Assembly (NCBI GenBank): GCA_023443745.1
Contig: JAEZTB010000059.1
Location: 11,998 to 75,997, forward strand
DNA length: 64,000 nt
Origin: Bacillota bacterium
GTDB lineage: Bacteria > Bacillota > Clostridia > DSM-8532
Direction: 5' to 3'
Positions 62,664-64,000 of the stretch are shown piece by piece. Both the position numbers and the translations under genes were made by a program. Position 1 is the first letter of the stretch. Each line of letters begins with the position of its first letter. Below the pieces are notes generated by a model that saw only the letters and a program-made list of their open reading frames with translations, was not told the origin of the DNA and did not search any database.

Positions 62664-64000
62664 CTAATCCTCAATCCTGTACCACCCCGGCCCCATGGGC
62701 TCATAAAAGAAATACATAAATCTTCCGTCAGATGTTGGATGAAAAACAAATGTCTCGTGAGCTGTTGAGTATGAATAGGGAAGGACTTCATTGCCGCTGC
62801 CGTCCAGACGAGATTTATAGAACATGCCTGAATCGGTGACGTAATAAATCCAGCCACCCGAAACCTGAATACCTTTGCTTTCAGGTATAATTTGCTCCTT
62901 ATCTGAACCATCGGGCCGACTGCGGGTTAAGCCCTCCTCATAAGAATAGATATAGCCACCAAAAGCAAATGCCGTGGATTTATTGCTTGAAATTTTTTCA
63001 AGGTTCTGCCCATTTGTTCGGACTCTATAGGGAGCCCAGTCTGGATTTATTCCGACAAAATAGATCCATCCGTCATAAACGCAAGTCATTGCGCACCAGG
63101 ACCAATCCTTGCCCAGGTCCAGCACAGTTGCCTGGCCGGAGCCATCCAGTCTCATTTTACTTATTTTGCAATTCTTATAATCATTGAAATAAAGCCATCC
63201 CTGATCTATAGCCATAAACCCAATGGCTCCCCCCTGATAAAGGGTCTTTTCACCCGATCCATCAAGATTGGCAATACAGATGGAACCTCCGGACGTATCT
63301 TCCCTGCTAAAGAAGATTACATCTTTTCCTGTTTCAGGATGCTTGCAGATGAGGAACATATCCACTGGCCCTTTTATGACTTCTGACAAATCCACTCTCA
63401 CATTACTGGGCCCACCCGTAAGCTGATAATAGACCTCATTGGGCAAAGACTCCTCCAGGTCAGCCGAAAATTTCATCAGGCTGCCTCTGTTGATATAATA
63501 AAACCAGTCCTTCCACACCCTGCTATTGGTGCTGTGAAAATCCGAAGATATATAATTATCCGGATATGCACTGGGTCTTTGCTCGGACGGTGGAGTCCCG
63601 GAGGGCTGTACAGAAGAGGGATCATTCCCGCCTTGAGATGAAGATGAAGTGGCCGACAGTTTGCACCAGCCTGCTTGTTCATTTTCAACAAAATAGATTA
63701 TATTTTGATCATCGAAAGGAAAGAGTCGGAAGTAAAAATCGCCCGGATACGAAAAAGGTATGTTTACATTATCGCTTCCGTCCATTGAAATTCTGTGCAC
63801 TTCGCCGCCAGCCGCAGTATAATTACTATAAGTACCGTCATATGTATATACGCTGTATTTGCTCTCCAGGCCGGATGCGACCTGTTTTTTGTCTGAACCA
63901 TCGGCACGCATTCTGTAGAGATTTTTATCACTGCTCGTGTAATATAGATAACCGTTATAAACCCAAATGGGGTTTTCCTGAGAGCTTTGATACTCGGACA
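62664..64000 (-). CDS. DUF5050-type beta-propeller repeat protein (3' part; N-terminus lies beyond the right edge)
   Basis: Frame stays open from 63912 to 64000 (...VYNGYLYYTSSDKNLYRMRADGSDKKQ), so the ORF-track Met at 63911 is internal. Repeated GW(I/L)Y(Y/F)...R(L/P)DGS blades and a Ser/Pro-rich linker. Confidence 0.8.
   Translation of the reverse strand, partial: SEYQSSQENPIWVYNGYLYYTSSDKNLYRMRADGSDKKQVASGLESKYSVYTYDGTYSNYTAAGGEVHRISMDGSDNVNIPFSYPGDFYFRLFPFDDQNIIYFVENEQAGWCKLSATSSSSQGGNDPSSVQPSGTPPSEQRPSAYPDNYISSDFHSTNSRVWKDWFYYINRGSLMKFSADLEESLPNEVYYQLTGGPSNVRVDLSEVIKGPVDMFLICKHPETGKDVIFFSREDTSGGSICIANLDGSGEKTLYQGGAIGFMAIDQGWLYFNDYKNCKISKMRLDGSGQATVLDLGKDWSWCAMTCVYDGWIYFVGINPDWAPYRVRTNGQNLEKISSNKSTAFAFGGYIYSYEEGLTRSRPDGSDKEQIIPESKGIQVSGGWIYYVTDSGMFYKSRLDGSGNEVLPYSYSTAHETFVFHPTSDGRFMYFFYEPMGPGWYRIED

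Noticed and set aside
1-64000. Search for CRISPR arrays, tRNA/rRNA genes, transposases, integrases, phage or plasmid genes and long DNA repeats
   Set aside because: No spaced direct-repeat arrays, cloverleaf-like or rRNA-like stretches, or recombinase-like ORFs were seen. The only long DNA similarity is between the two tandem kinase genes.

Overview
A 64-kb chromosomal window that looks like a Clostridia-type Firmicute. This is inferred from GGAGG ribosome-binding sites, lipoprotein solute-binding proteins, YesM/YesN-type sensors and Lpl-type ABC importers. I saw no rRNA, tRNA, CRISPR, transposase, integrase or phage genes. There are four blocks. (1) 0.1-13.6 kb holds a COG0701 permease and an alpha-glucoside-type utilisation locus: a secreted beta-helix glycoside hydrolase with a CBM32-like tail, a surface CBM-like protein, a LacI regulator, two tandem GH65 phosphorylases and a CUT1 ABC importer. 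Three promoters in this locus each carry the same GTTTA-N4-TAAAC operator at the transcription start. (2) 13.7-18 kb holds a MarR regulator and a heterodimeric ABC exporter. (3) 18-47.9 kb is a large amino-sugar or nonulosonate-like catabolic island. It contains a YesM/YesN sensor pair, a cytoplasmic FAD oxidoreductase with a discoidin-like tail, and a NanA/DapA-family lyase. It also has a 1136-aa secreted LamG-LamG-Asp-box propeller-FN3/esterase protein and an Lpl-type ABC importer. Further genes are NagA, a DegT aminotransferase, a Gfo/Idh/MocA dehydrogenase, an amidohydrolase, a SIS protein, two HAD phosphatases, an Fbp/Afu-type ABC importer, a NagB-like deaminase, a LacI regulator and an AGE-family epimerase. 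No sugar kinase or PTS is visible. (4) From 47.9 kb to beyond 64 kb, 13 tightly packed co-directional minus-strand genes are built around phosphothreonine signalling. They encode five FHA domains, three Hanks kinases, two PP2C phosphatases, a vWA protein, a trypsin-like and a PrsW-like protease, an RDD module, DUF5050-type propellers, an unknown 5-TM protein and a histidine kinase/LuxR pair. Block 4 is my best candidate for an undescribed system. Block 3 is a secondary candidate, as a possibly uncharacterised amino-sugar pathway. All family calls come from motif reading by eye; no searches were run.
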